NCBI GenBank assembly: GCA_964016885.1
Contig: OZ024744.1
Coordinates: forward strand, 51,460,001-51,524,000
DNA from: Eledone cirrhosa
Lineage: Eukaryota
Reading direction: 5' to 3'
DNA: 64,000 nt
Shown here: piece after piece, positions 26,895-39,533 of the stretch
Layout of the letters: each line of letters begins with the position of its first letter
How positions within the stretch are numbered: the first letter of the stretch is position 1
Translations under genes and position numbers: made by a program
Notes under the pieces: model-generated
Seen by the model: the letters and a program-made list of their open reading frames with translations, nothing else
What the model was told of the DNA's origin: nothing
Databases searched by the model: none

Positions 26895-27205
26895 ATTAAA
26901 ATACAAATATTAATAAAATAGATGTTCTTTTGATCAATTACATTTTATTATACATATTTCGGATGTACGACTGTACGTCCTCATCAGACAAAATATAATG
27001 ATACATGACATACCCTGAGATGTTAAATGGTTAAGATTTAATCAAGGTACTATCTTGATTAAATCTTAACCATTTAACATCTCAGGGTATGTCATGTATC
27101 ATTATATTTTGTCTGATGAGGACGTACAGTCGTACATCCGAAATATGTATAATAAAATGTAATTGATCAAAAGAACATCTATTTTATTAATATTTGTATT
27201 TTAAT
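26895..27205. repeat. Perfect fold-back palindrome (152-bp arms, 7-nt loop) with mirror hammerheads
   Basis: HHR (+) at 27106-27158: attttgt CTGATGA ggacgtac(agtc)gtacatcc GAA ATATGTAT A|ataaaat. Mirror (-) at 26942-26994. Confidence 0.9.
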
Positions 27206-27224
27206 ATTTATATATATATTTATA

Positions 27225-27741
<517 letters not shown>

Positions 27742-27910
27742 AATATATATATATATTACTAAGTATCCACTTTTATAAATATATATATATAAATATATAA
27801 ATATATATAAATATATATATAAATATATATATATAAATATATAAATATATATAAATATATATATAAATATATATATATAAATATATAAATATATATAAAT
27901 ATATATATAC

Positions 27911-27943
<33 letters not shown>

Positions 27944-27967
27944 AATCTTCGCTCTACATGGCTGAAC

Positions 27968-28181
27968 ATATTAATAATAACATTCAATTCGTTTGCAATT
28001 ATGCAAACAAGCCACAATTTTATAGCCATGTCAGTAGAATGAACCGTTCATTGTTGCTCTTATGTTGGTATGTGAACATGCCAACATAAGAGCAACAATG
28101 AACGGTTCATTCTACTGACATGGCTATAAAACTGAGGTTTGTTTGCATAATTGCAAACGAATCGAATGTTATCATTAATAT
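27968..28181. repeat. Near-perfect inverted repeat (about 100-bp arms) between (TA)n tracts
   Basis: ...gctcttatgttgg tatgtgaacatg ccaacataagagc... Confidence 0.85.
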
Positions 28182-28194
28182 TCGAAAAACTCAG

Positions 28195-28340
<146 letters not shown>

Positions 28341-28437
28341 AAAACCTGGTTCATATGTGAACTGAAACATGTCTGTTGCTATCAATATCTGCTGCCTTTT
28401 ATTCTGACACGTAAAGTGAACAATAAATGGAATATTG

Positions 28438-28524
<87 letters not shown>

Positions 28525-28567
28525 GCTAGCTAGCTATCTAGCTATTTATTCATGTATCTATTTGTTA

Positions 28568-28735
<168 letters not shown>

Positions 28736-28737
28736 GT

Positions 28738-28779
<42 letters not shown>

Positions 28780-28791
28780 TTATATATATTT

Positions 28792-28835
<44 letters not shown>

Positions 28836-28872
28836 TTATATATATATATATATATATATACATACACACATA

Positions 28873-28961
<89 letters not shown>

Positions 28962-29719
28962 GCAGAGCCATCGTACAATGCACACCAGTAACAAACGCAG
29001 TAGTGTTTGCGGTGGCGGTGGCACTGTTGGTGGTTTACAGACCATGGAAATATAATGGATAAATATAAATCTACAAGTGCATGAGATATTGTGGGATGAA
29101 TAAATATATGGAAGCTGTTGATAGATTACTGATCGATAATGGAGTGAGAAAAATATATAATATTCCGCTTTTTACAAAAATATTGTTTTCATGTTTTTCA
29201 TCTTTACTTTTTTGTTGTTGTTTGCACACAACATGGCGGAATGTTTTAAAAAAGGTTCGATATACAACTATTACGTCCTTCGTTTCGATTCACCGTGTAA
29301 CATTTTAGAGCAAGTGTCATTTGCTACTAGAGTGAAATTACCCATGAAATAAACTGTATCTGTAATTCAGTAAACCACTCTTGTCATTCACACGCTGCAT
29401 CCCATTGAGTCTCCCTGAGAACTACGTTAGGTGTACACGTGTCTGTAGAACGTACAGCCACTTACACGTTAATTTCATGAGATGGTTTTTCCTTTGATCG
29501 AAAACCTATAACACACATCGTTTAAACCAATAGCGGTCCGTCGTATTGATTTGTCAATATTTTTCAATTTTTCAGTTTTTCATCCAATAATTTCTTTTTG
29601 CTATTCACGTAATAAAACAAAACAATACAAAAGCCGGTAATAAACTGTTTCTGTACATTTTATTGTTTACTGATAGACATTCTATGAACATTCTGTCTAT
29701 TTCTCTGTCTGACTTGTTA

Positions 29720-30098
29720 TACTCTCGGGTTTCAACTAATGCCCCCGCCCCCCTACCTCTTCCTAATTTTTCAGACCCCACCCCCACGTTCTTATTTCAC
29801 CCCCAGCTTATAAATTTTGCTAATCTTTCTCCAGTGAAAATTTTATTTTAAGTGGCAGCTTTCCTGCGACAATCAATTTACTTTAGACATTAAAAATATT
29901 CATGACAAAAAAAAAAAATACATTACTAGAAATACCATACTTTATCAAATAAATAGGATGAGTTGGGGGTATCAATATGTAAACTAAACGACTAATTCTG
30001 GTTTTTAAAAGTATCAATAGAGACAACCATGAGAAATTACCCCCACCCCCCTCCCCATGTATTCCCCACCCTCTCTTATTATTTGGGATCAGAGAGTA
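29720..30098. mobile_element. TA-flanked MITE, reverse-orientation relative of 2870-3253
   Basis: tactctcgggt...gggatcagagagta; similar length and subterminal sequence. Confidence 0.65.
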
Positions 30099-30496
30099 CA
30101 TACATAACAACGTCTTCGTTGTTCTGTAAAAAGCTCAAAGGAAATAAAATGCGGACAAACTTATACCAGAAAACACTTATACGATGATATTACAAAAACA
30201 ATGTCAATTGTATCTTGTAATACATATGACAAGATACAAAATTAACTAGAATACAAAAACATTACTTACATTATAAGTTTTAGCTAAACTATACCTATAC
30301 CGTTGTTTCAAGTTATAGAGAAAAAAAATCCACTGATTATCATAGTTAAAATAAACAGAGGAAATTTGCAATTTCATCGACCCAGATTCTCTTATATAGG
30401 CAATGTCTTGCTTTTACTACAACAAAATATAATCTGTCCATTAGGAGACAGCTGAAGAATTAACTCGTAGCATATATATATATATATATATAAGGT

Positions 30497-30612
30497 TCAA
30501 AGAAGAGCAATTAGAATGAACCTGTGGGATAATTCTATCCAAGATGGCTTTACTAACAATCCCCAGATCAGATTTAGAGGGGGCGATTAATCTAACAGGT
30601 AGTTCAGTACTC
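30497..30612 (-). pseudogene. Short PLE reverse-transcriptase fragment
   Basis: VRLIAPSKSDLGIVSKAILDRI resembles a PLE RT fingers motif (RLINPxKSExG). Confidence 0.55.
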
Positions 30613-30688
30613 CAGTCCCACAAACTGTAGAGTGCTTCTTATCAGATAACTGCATTGCTTTATTGTACTACAATAAAACTCACCTCCT

Positions 30689-30745
<57 letters not shown>

Positions 30746-31127
30746 CACACATATATATAATTGTTTCTACTTTTGGCACAAGGCCAGCAATTAGCCAGTG
30801 TATTACTGGTACTTTATTTTATCGACCCCGTAAGGATGAAAGACTAAGTTAACTTCAGTGGGATTTGAACACAGATCATAAAGGGACGTAACTACGCCGG
30901 AAAGCATGTCCGACCCTCTACCGATACTGACAATTCACCGCCCTTCGCATATATATAATATAATAAGTAACATGAATATGACCAATATCTAGAGATCTAG
31001 AGAAGCTAATCCGACTAGATTTATCGGAGCAGTTAATTCCTGCTATTTTGTAACATTAAATGAGACAGTTCGTCGGAAAAAAACAACAACGTTTACATTT
31101 GTGTAGGGTGATAATGATTTGTATATT

Positions 31128-31198
<71 letters not shown>

Positions 31199-31200
<2 letters not shown>

Positions 31201-31399
31201 CGAAGGAAATGTGGTAAGGAACCAGGTGGACCATAACGCACCAAAGTACTCAATACTTGAGGTAGTAGAGTGGGTAATAGGAACCAGTAGGACCCCGACA
31301 GCTGAGCTCAAGCCGTTTCGACGGCTAATTCAGCCGTCGAAACAGCTGAATTAGCCGTCGAAACGGCTTGAGCTCAGCTGTCGGGGTCTTACTGGTTCA
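31199..31399. mobile_element. Family B fold-back mini-element with a double switch at stem II
   Basis: tttcgacggctaattcagccgtcgaaaca gctgaattagccgtcgaaacggc. Confidence 0.75.
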
Positions 31400-31423
31400 T
31401 ATATATATATATATATATATACT

Positions 31424-31493
<70 letters not shown>

Positions 31494-31690
31494 ACAATAA
31501 TAAATTTGAAGACTAAAATCCAAAGAGGGCTAGATAAGGATAAATATATATCAAATCCCGCCGAGGTTAACTTTGCCTTCATCCTTACGGGGTCGATAAA
31601 ATAAAGTACCAGTAATACACTGGGTTATTGCTGGCCTTGTGCCCAAAGTAGAAACAATTGTTATTACTATATATATATATACATATATAT

Positions 31691-31741
<51 letters not shown>

Positions 31742-31859
31742 CACACGTATATATATATACACACATATATATATATATACACATACATACACATATATAT
31801 ATATATATATATATACATGCATATATATATACACACATATATATATATATATATATACA

Positions 31860-31946
<87 letters not shown>

Positions 31947-31976
31947 ATGTGTATATATATATATGTGTGTGTATAT

Positions 31977-32013
<37 letters not shown>

Positions 32014-32072
32014 CACACACACACATATATATATATACATACATATATATATATATTTACATATATACATAC

Positions 32073-32136
<64 letters not shown>

Positions 32137-32279
32137 ATAATGCCGAAATCGTTTCTCCTGGAATTACCTTCATTGTACCCACGGTTAACCACCACGTAAA
32201 CGCTTGATAAACCTTGCAACTGTGGAGTCAAAAACCATTGCATTTTAATATAGCCTTTGCTTTCCTCTAACGAAATTTG

Positions 32280-32358
<79 letters not shown>

Positions 32359-32780
32359 GAAAGGTATAGAAAGCATTGTAGCAAGAAGCCAACAGTATTC
32401 CATAATATATAAGTGACTATAGCGTCAAAATGGGAAAATAATTAACGTAAGATGTGGGAAAAATAATTCAAACTTAATTCAAAAAGAATCAGGATATAGA
32501 TTCATCCACAGAATTTGGTGAAATCCAGGGAAAAATCAATAGAGCCTTAATTCAGAATAAAATAACGTTTAAAATACTCATTCTTCAATTTGGAAAAACT
32601 ACAATGCTCTGTATCGTCTTAAAGACTATTTCACGAAACTTTCAATGGGTATACATATATATATATATATATATAGAAGGGGTATTTAATTTGTAGGAAG
32701 TCCGACAAATATAAATTTAAATTTCCAACCTATAAGGTATGATTTTCATGGGTATGTCTCTATTCATAAAACAAACTTTA

Positions 32781-32844
32781 TATCTTATCTGATGAAAGCG
32801 TATCAATGTTGTCTTGGTACCCTTGAAATATATATAATAAAATA
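32781..32844 (+). ncRNA. Type I hammerhead ribozyme (family C)
   Basis: tatcttat CTGATGA aagcgtatcaa...ttggtaccctt GAA ATATATAT A|ataaaata. Confidence 0.7.
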
Positions 32845-32883
32845 AATATGGTTTTATAAATATAGTTTCCATTTATTAAATAA

Positions 32884-32960
<77 letters not shown>

Positions 32961-32961
<1 letters not shown>

Positions 32962-33570
32962 GATATTAAACAAATGGAAACTATATTTATAAAACCATAT
33001 TTATTTCATTATACATATTTCAGGGATACCATATTAAAAATATGGCATGCCTTCTTCAGATAAAATACAATATATAAGCAGTTTTATAAATAAATTTGAC
33101 GTACCATAGAATATTGATCAACTTCCATTTAAAAAAGTTGGTTTGGTAGTGAGATGTTTGTAAATATTTAGTGTTAAGTACAGTTAGAAAAGAAAGACGG
33201 AGAGAAGGAGTAAATGTATTTTTCTTTACATACATTTACTCCTTCTCTCCGTCTTTCTTTTCTAACTGTACTTAACACTAAATATTTACAAATATCTCAC
33301 TACCAAACCAACTTTTTAAATGGAAATTGATCAATATTCTATGGTACGTCAAATTTATTTATAAAACTGCTTATATATTGTATTTTATCTGAAGAAGGCA
33401 TGCCATATTTTTAATATGGTATCCCTGAAATATGTATAATGAAATAAATATGGTTTTATAAATATAGTTTCCATTTGTTTAATATCTACTCCAAAATTTG
33501 TTGAGTGCTTTATATCAGTTATAAAATATTTACTCGTTGTAACCCAACAATTTTAAATAAAACTTTTGCA
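32961..33570. mobile_element. Family C fold-back element with about 258-bp arms and mirror hammerheads
   Basis: Arms 32962-33219/33230-33486. HHR (-) at 33002-33067 and (+) at 33381-33446 with CTGAAGA and stem II aggcatgccatatt/aatatggtatccct. Single-copy 3' extension to 33570. Confidence 0.85.
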
Positions 33571-33746
33571 TATATATATATATATATATAAATGAAAATT
33601 AGAGTTAAAACTCCAATTGGAACCCTGTAACTATTAAGCTCCAAGTATAAAATACTGAGCCGATTAATAATATATAGTAAGAAACACAGTAAACCGTGTG
33701 TCTAAAATTACAAGGGATGAAAACCACATTTGTTTGAAATATTTAA

Positions 33747-33810
<64 letters not shown>

Positions 33811-34073
33811 AAGAAGAGTAACGTGGTTGACTGTACAATAAGGGCTTTGTTTAAAGTACTGACAATTGTTTCGTTGATCAGGTGAGTGTAGAGTTCACTA
33901 ATCGCTTGAAATTACCGCGAACTCGCTGCATAACTATGGAAACATCTTGTTGAGTCAAACAAAGCCGTACGTTAAAACTATCCACGACGCGGTGTACTCT
34001 AACTGGATTACCTATAACGATAACTTGTTATCCCATATATATATATATATATATATATATATTACTTCTTGTT

Positions 34074-34130
34074 GTTTTGATTGCCCTGATGAGTCCGTAA
34101 TAGGACGAAACATTGTCGGCTAATAAAAAC
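34074..34130 (+). ncRNA. Canonical type I hammerhead ribozyme
   Basis: gttttgattgcc CTGATGA gtcc(gtaata)ggac GAA ACATTGT C|ggctaataaaaac; GUC cleavage triplet at 34115-34117. Confidence 0.88.
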
Positions 34131-34267
34131 TTTTGATGTATTAAAGGATTCTTTGTTTCACTCTCTTAATTTTTTGGCTCTGTTTAACTGCATTGAGCTA
34201 TACCTTTTACTGTCATTTCTATAATACGAAGAGGGTGTTTAACTCCAACACGCTCCAGTATTTTAAT

Positions 34268-34341
<74 letters not shown>

Positions 34342-34345
<4 letters not shown>

Positions 34346-34487
34346 AAGGAAGTGTGGTAAGGAACCAGGCGGACCCCATAACGCACCAGAGTACTCAATA
34401 TTTAGGGTAGTAGAGTGGGTAATACGAAATTGTTCAAGACGCCGACGGCTTGAGCTCTGCCGTCGGGGTCTTGAACAATTTCCAATA
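34342..34487. mobile_element. Family B element folded back at stem III
   Basis: gaaattgttcaagacgccgacggc-ttgagctct-gccgtcggggtcttgaacaatttc. Confidence 0.7.
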
Positions 34488-34564
34488 TATATATATATAT
34501 ATAGTAATAATAATAAATGTGAAGACTAAAATCGAAAGAGGGCTCGATAGGGATCAATATATAT

Positions 34565-34601
<37 letters not shown>

Positions 34602-34676
34602 TATAAAGTAAAGCAAGTCCATAGAATTATTTGATAATATATATTTGTGACTTTGTTTAATTGGTGAATGTGTAAA

Positions 34677-34722
<46 letters not shown>

Positions 34723-35089
34723 TGTGTATTATTTTTTCTTAGGTCCAGTATGTTTTGTGTGAGGAGGGTAAATACGAGAAAATTTAAGATCCCAAACCAG
34801 ATATAAATAAGATTTCAGAAAATATGATCAACACTGTAAACTCGATAATAATCTATAAATAAATAATGTGATTTGTAAATTTCTGTGAAGTTGCACATTT
34901 CACAACTCTTTTCACAATGCATTTACATCAAGGAGCAATTGCAAACATCACACCACTCAGCACCATACCACTCAGCACAAAACAAAGAATGATAGGAAAA
35001 TATTAGTGGGGTCAATCCATCCATATTACCCACGAAACAGTAGTGTTATACATATTACACAATGCTCACGTAAACACATGTTTACAAGA

Positions 35090-35217
35090 TAGTAGTGGTG
35101 GTAGTAGTAGTAGTAGTAGTAGCAGCAGCAGCAGCAGCAGTAGTAGTAATAGTAGTAGTAGTGGTAGTAGTAGTGGTAGTAGTAGTAGTAGTGGTAGTAG
35201 TAGTAATAGCAGTAGTA

Positions 35218-35259
<42 letters not shown>

Positions 35260-35315
35260 TTGGTAGTGGTAGTAGTAGTAGTAGTAGCAGCATCAGCAGT
35301 AGTAGTAGTAGTAGT

Positions 35316-35373
<58 letters not shown>
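35090..35373. repeat. (AGT/AGC)n microsatellite
   Basis: Direct inspection. Confidence 0.95.
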
Positions 35374-35630
35374 AACATTAACGAAAAGAGTGGGGAGGAA
35401 ATAGCTATATTTTGTCACAGACGTGTTACTCGATTGTCACATCAGGCATATAACAACACATACACTACCAAATAACAACAATAATAATAATACAAACACA
35501 CACACATATATACACACACACATATATATATACATACATACATATATATGTGTGTGTGTCTGTGTGTGTGTATACATATATAAATTAAACATGTCGTAAG
35601 TGACAATGCGAAACTACAAAAGAACTTTAG

Positions 35631-35850
35631 CATACAGACAAACTATCAGATAGCAGACAATAGCGTCTGACGTCATATTATTTGACGATATTAACAAAAG
35701 AATAATCGACATGTCAATACCAACTGGGTATAATGATTTAGAGAAAAGAACTGAGGATCTATGGAATTCCACTGGCCTAGATGTTGAACTTAAGACATCA
35801 TGGCAGCTAAAGATCGTATTTGTCATTACGACAACTGGGCTGGTACATAT
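35631..35850 (+). pseudogene. Degenerate restriction-like endonuclease domain of an R4/Dong-type non-LTR element
   Basis: Manual translation SDVILFDDINKRIIDMSIPTGYNDLEKRTE...LKTSWQLKIVFVITTTGLV resembles the PD..D/ExK-type RLE tail (RPD...IID.SIP...KE.EK...W). Confidence 0.5.
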
Positions 35851-36470
35851 ACTATTCCTATAACGGTATTGATAGATTACCCATAAAGATGGCCATATGT
35901 ACGTTCTAGAAAATAAAGTTACTATCGGAGTGGATGTCCACTGTTAATAAATTCATTTTCATAATGATTTCTGATTTAGACACAAAGCCAACAATTTTTT
36001 GGGGAAGGGACAATCGATTAAATCGACCCCAGTGCGTTACTGGTACTGCTTTACCGACCCCCGTAAGGATGAACGGCAAAGATAACCTCTGCAGGATTTG
36101 AATTTATAATGGAAAGGGACGTAAATATATGCCACAAAGCATGCTGTCCGACGCTCTACCGATATTGCCAATCCACCACTATCATAATGTCAATTATTGA
36201 ATGTTAGGGGAGGTGTCTATCACCTAATTTTCATAGCCATTTGTGTAAAGACATTGACATATTACCTCTGAAGACGGACAAAGGTACGTTCGAGAAAGAG
36301 GTTGTTCCGCAAGGAATATGTTCGGAATGCTATTTATACAACTGAAATAATAAAATATCTTCTGTTAAATTGACAGACTATATATTTCATTAGCCATATT
36401 TAACTTCCGGAAAATATCACTACTAGAGCATAACAATATGGCGTTCATGCTCACAATTTGTTTAAGTTGA

Positions 36471-36705
36471 TTCTTCTTCTTCTTCCATTTAATACTGGGA
36501 TGGTCATAGAGGAAAGGTCCTTCCCCGTACCCTGTCAGAACAACCGTTTCCAATCGATCCGGCAGGATCCCCAAGCGGGATCAGCCGAGCTCATGGATGG
36601 TATCCAACCATCTTACTTGAGGTCTACACTTGGGTCTCCTTCCGGTTGATTTTTGCTTGTAAAATCTGCCCAGCGATTCTTTCCCGAGGCATTCTAACCA
36701 CGTTG
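36471..36705 (-). mobile_element. RTE (Expander/Rex3-like) LINE 3' fragment with a (GAA)n tail
   Basis: VVRMPRERIA...TGRRPKCRPQVRWLDTI...RLGILP. Confidence 0.65.
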
Positions 36706-37369
36706 AGCTGTTTGATATAAGAAATGGAATTTTTAATGAATTTCTCAAACGATGAAGGATGCAGGCAATTATTGAAAAAATTCTCTGATGATTGATTCCT
36801 AATTTAGAGACAAGGCCAATAAATTTGAAGGAATAGCAAAGTTGATTACATCAACCGCAGTACTTGACTGGTACTTTAGTTTATCGAGCTCGGAAGGACA
36901 GCAGGTAAAGTATACCTCAGCGGGATTTGAACTGAGAATATAAAGAGCTAGAACAAATACCGTAATGGGCTTTTTATTCGATGCTCTACCAATTCTGCCA
37001 AACCAGCGCCATTTTGTAAGAAATGCTACAGACCTGGTCATTGTTGTTGTAGTTGTTGTTTAGCACCAAGTGAACATCTTTAATGGTTTCTGATTTAGGA
37101 ACAAGGTCAGCAATTTGTGGGGAGAGGAAAGTCGATTACATCGACCCAAGTACGTTACTGGTGTTTTATTTTATCGACTCCGTAAGGCAAAAACTAACCT
37201 CAGCGGGATTTGAATACAGAACGTACAGGGCCGTAACTCTATGCCGCAAAAATGGTGTCCGACACTCTACCGATACTGCCAATCCATGACTCTGAGAACA
37301 CCTGCAATAAAAGCTGTTGACAAACATTTTTTAAAGGTTATTTAAGGTATTATCTAATGTATCTCGGGA

Positions 37370-37993
37370 TGGTGGGTTGGACAGAATCGTTATGGCATCG
37401 TCTGAAGTGTATTACAGTATTTCGTTATTACCCTCTACGTTCTGATTTCAAATCCTGCCGTCTTTCATCCTTCCAGAGTTGATAAAATAAAATAGATGTA
37501 GTAAAGAACTGGCGTTAGTATTATCGACTCCTCCATCCCCAACCCCACCAAATGTGCTGTCCTTGTGCCTAAAGTAGAAACAATTATTTAATAATGATTT
37601 AATAATAATAAGAGCGGTGATTTGGCAGGATCGGTGGAGCGTCATACACCATGCTTTGTAGCATAGAGTTATGGCCCTTTGTGTTCTGAGTTCAAATCCG
37701 CCGAGGTTAACTTTGTCTTTCATCCTTACGGGGTCGATAAAATAAAGTACCAGTGATGCACTGGGCTAATCGCTGGCCTTGTGCCAAAAGTAGAAACTCT
37801 ATAGGGCGGTGGATTGGCAGTATAGGTAGAGGGACGGACGCCATGCTTTGCAGCAAAGAGTTACGGTCCTTGCCATTCTGAGTTCAAATTCCGCTGAGGT
37901 TAACTTTGCCTTTCATCCTTACGGCGTCGATAAAATGAAGTGCCAGTAATGCACTGGGTAATTGCTGGCCTTGTGTCAAATGTCGAAATAATT
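37370..37993 (+). mobile_element. Three head-to-tail family E SINE copies
   Basis: Copies start at about 37370, 37612 and 37803. Confidence 0.8.
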
Positions 37994-38189
37994 ATTTAAT
38001 AAAATGTTTCCTGTCTTTATTTAAACTTGTAAGGCTGGATTGGAAGAACATTTCGTTGCTATTTCTATTTTAGTGGTTCCCATCTAGGGAATAATAGATT
38101 AGTGATGTCTAATATTGATACAACGGCTTACATTAAAATAAAACTTGGCTGATAAGTTTACTTTATGAAACTGCGATTGTTAATTGGTC

Positions 38190-39097
38190 GATTAGTTGAT
38201 TGGTTGATTGGTTGATTGCTTGGTTGGTTGATTGGTTAATTGGTTGGTTGGTTGATTGGTTGGTTGGTTGATTGGTTTGTCGGTTGAGTGGTTGATTGGT
38301 TGATTGGTTGATTAGTTGATTGGTTGATTGGTTGGTTGATTGGTTGGTTGGTTGGTCGATTGGTTGATTGGTTGATTGGTTGATTTGTTGATTGGTTGGT
38401 TGATTGGTTGATTGGTTGGTTGATTGGTTGGTTGGTTGATTGGTTGATTGGTTGGTTGATTGGTTGATTTGTTGATTGGTTGGCTAGTTGATTGGTTGGT
38501 TGGTTGTTTGGTTAATTGTTTCATTGATTGATTAGTTGACTGGTTGGTTGGTTGACTGGTTGGTTGGTTGATTGGTTGGTTGGTTGATTGGTTGGTTGAT
38601 TGATTGATTGGTTGGTTGGTTAATAGGTGAATTGCTTGATTGGTTGATTTGTTGATTGGTTGGTTGATTGGTTGATTGATTGATTGGTTGGTTGATTGGT
38701 TGATTTGTTGATTGGTTGGCTGGTTGATTGGTTGGTTGATTGATTGGTTAGTTGACTGGTTGGTTGGTTGACTGGTTGGTTGGTTGATTGGTTAGTTGGT
38801 TGGTTTATTGGTTGGTTGGTTGATTGATTGGTTGGTTGGTTGATTGGTTGGTTGATTGAGTGATTGGTTGGTTGGTTAATAGGTGAATTGGTTGATTGGT
38901 TGATTTGTTGATTGGTTGGTTGGTTGATTGGTTGATTTATTGATTGATTGATTGGTCGGTTGATTGGTTAATTGGTTAATATGTGAATTGGTTGATTGGT
39001 TGAGTGATTGATAGGATGACTGGTTAATCGATTGGTTGATTGGTTGATTGATTGGTTGGTTGATTGGCTGGTTGGTTGGTTGGTTGATTGGTTGATA
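38190..39097. repeat. (TTGG/TTGA)n compound tetranucleotide repeat
   Basis: Direct inspection. Confidence 0.95.
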
Positions 39098-39171
39098 GGT
39101 AATGTTGTCCTCAGGAGCATGTATAATTAGGATGCAAAGTAAATAGGATTCAGTTGGCATACCTCATGAAT

Positions 39172-39238
<67 letters not shown>

Positions 39239-39533
39239 GCTGCTGTTGCTGCTGCTACTAGTAACAACAACAGCAATAATAATGATTTCATTCATTGGCA
39301 ACAAGGGCCGAGATATAGCGGACAATACAAAAGACTGGGACAGTGGGGTTTTACAGAAAAATCGAGTAAACAATATGAATAACAATAACAAAGTAACAAG
39401 AAAAATACAAGAAAAATTCCCCAATAGGGGGGTGACCACCCAGGGTTCGCTCAGGTACCCCTCCAATCCTTAACGACCCGACGCTTCGAGAGCACCCTGG
39501 AAGGGCACCCCTCTCCTCCTCAAATTTACCCAT

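Noticed and set aside
35631-35862. Possible host-gene exon
   Set aside because: There is no clean open frame between splice-like sites, and the peptide better resembles a retrotransposon RLE domain.
36264-36303. CTGAAGA...GAAA hammerhead candidate
   Set aside because: There is no UH cleavage site or stem III geometry after GAAA, so it is likely chance.
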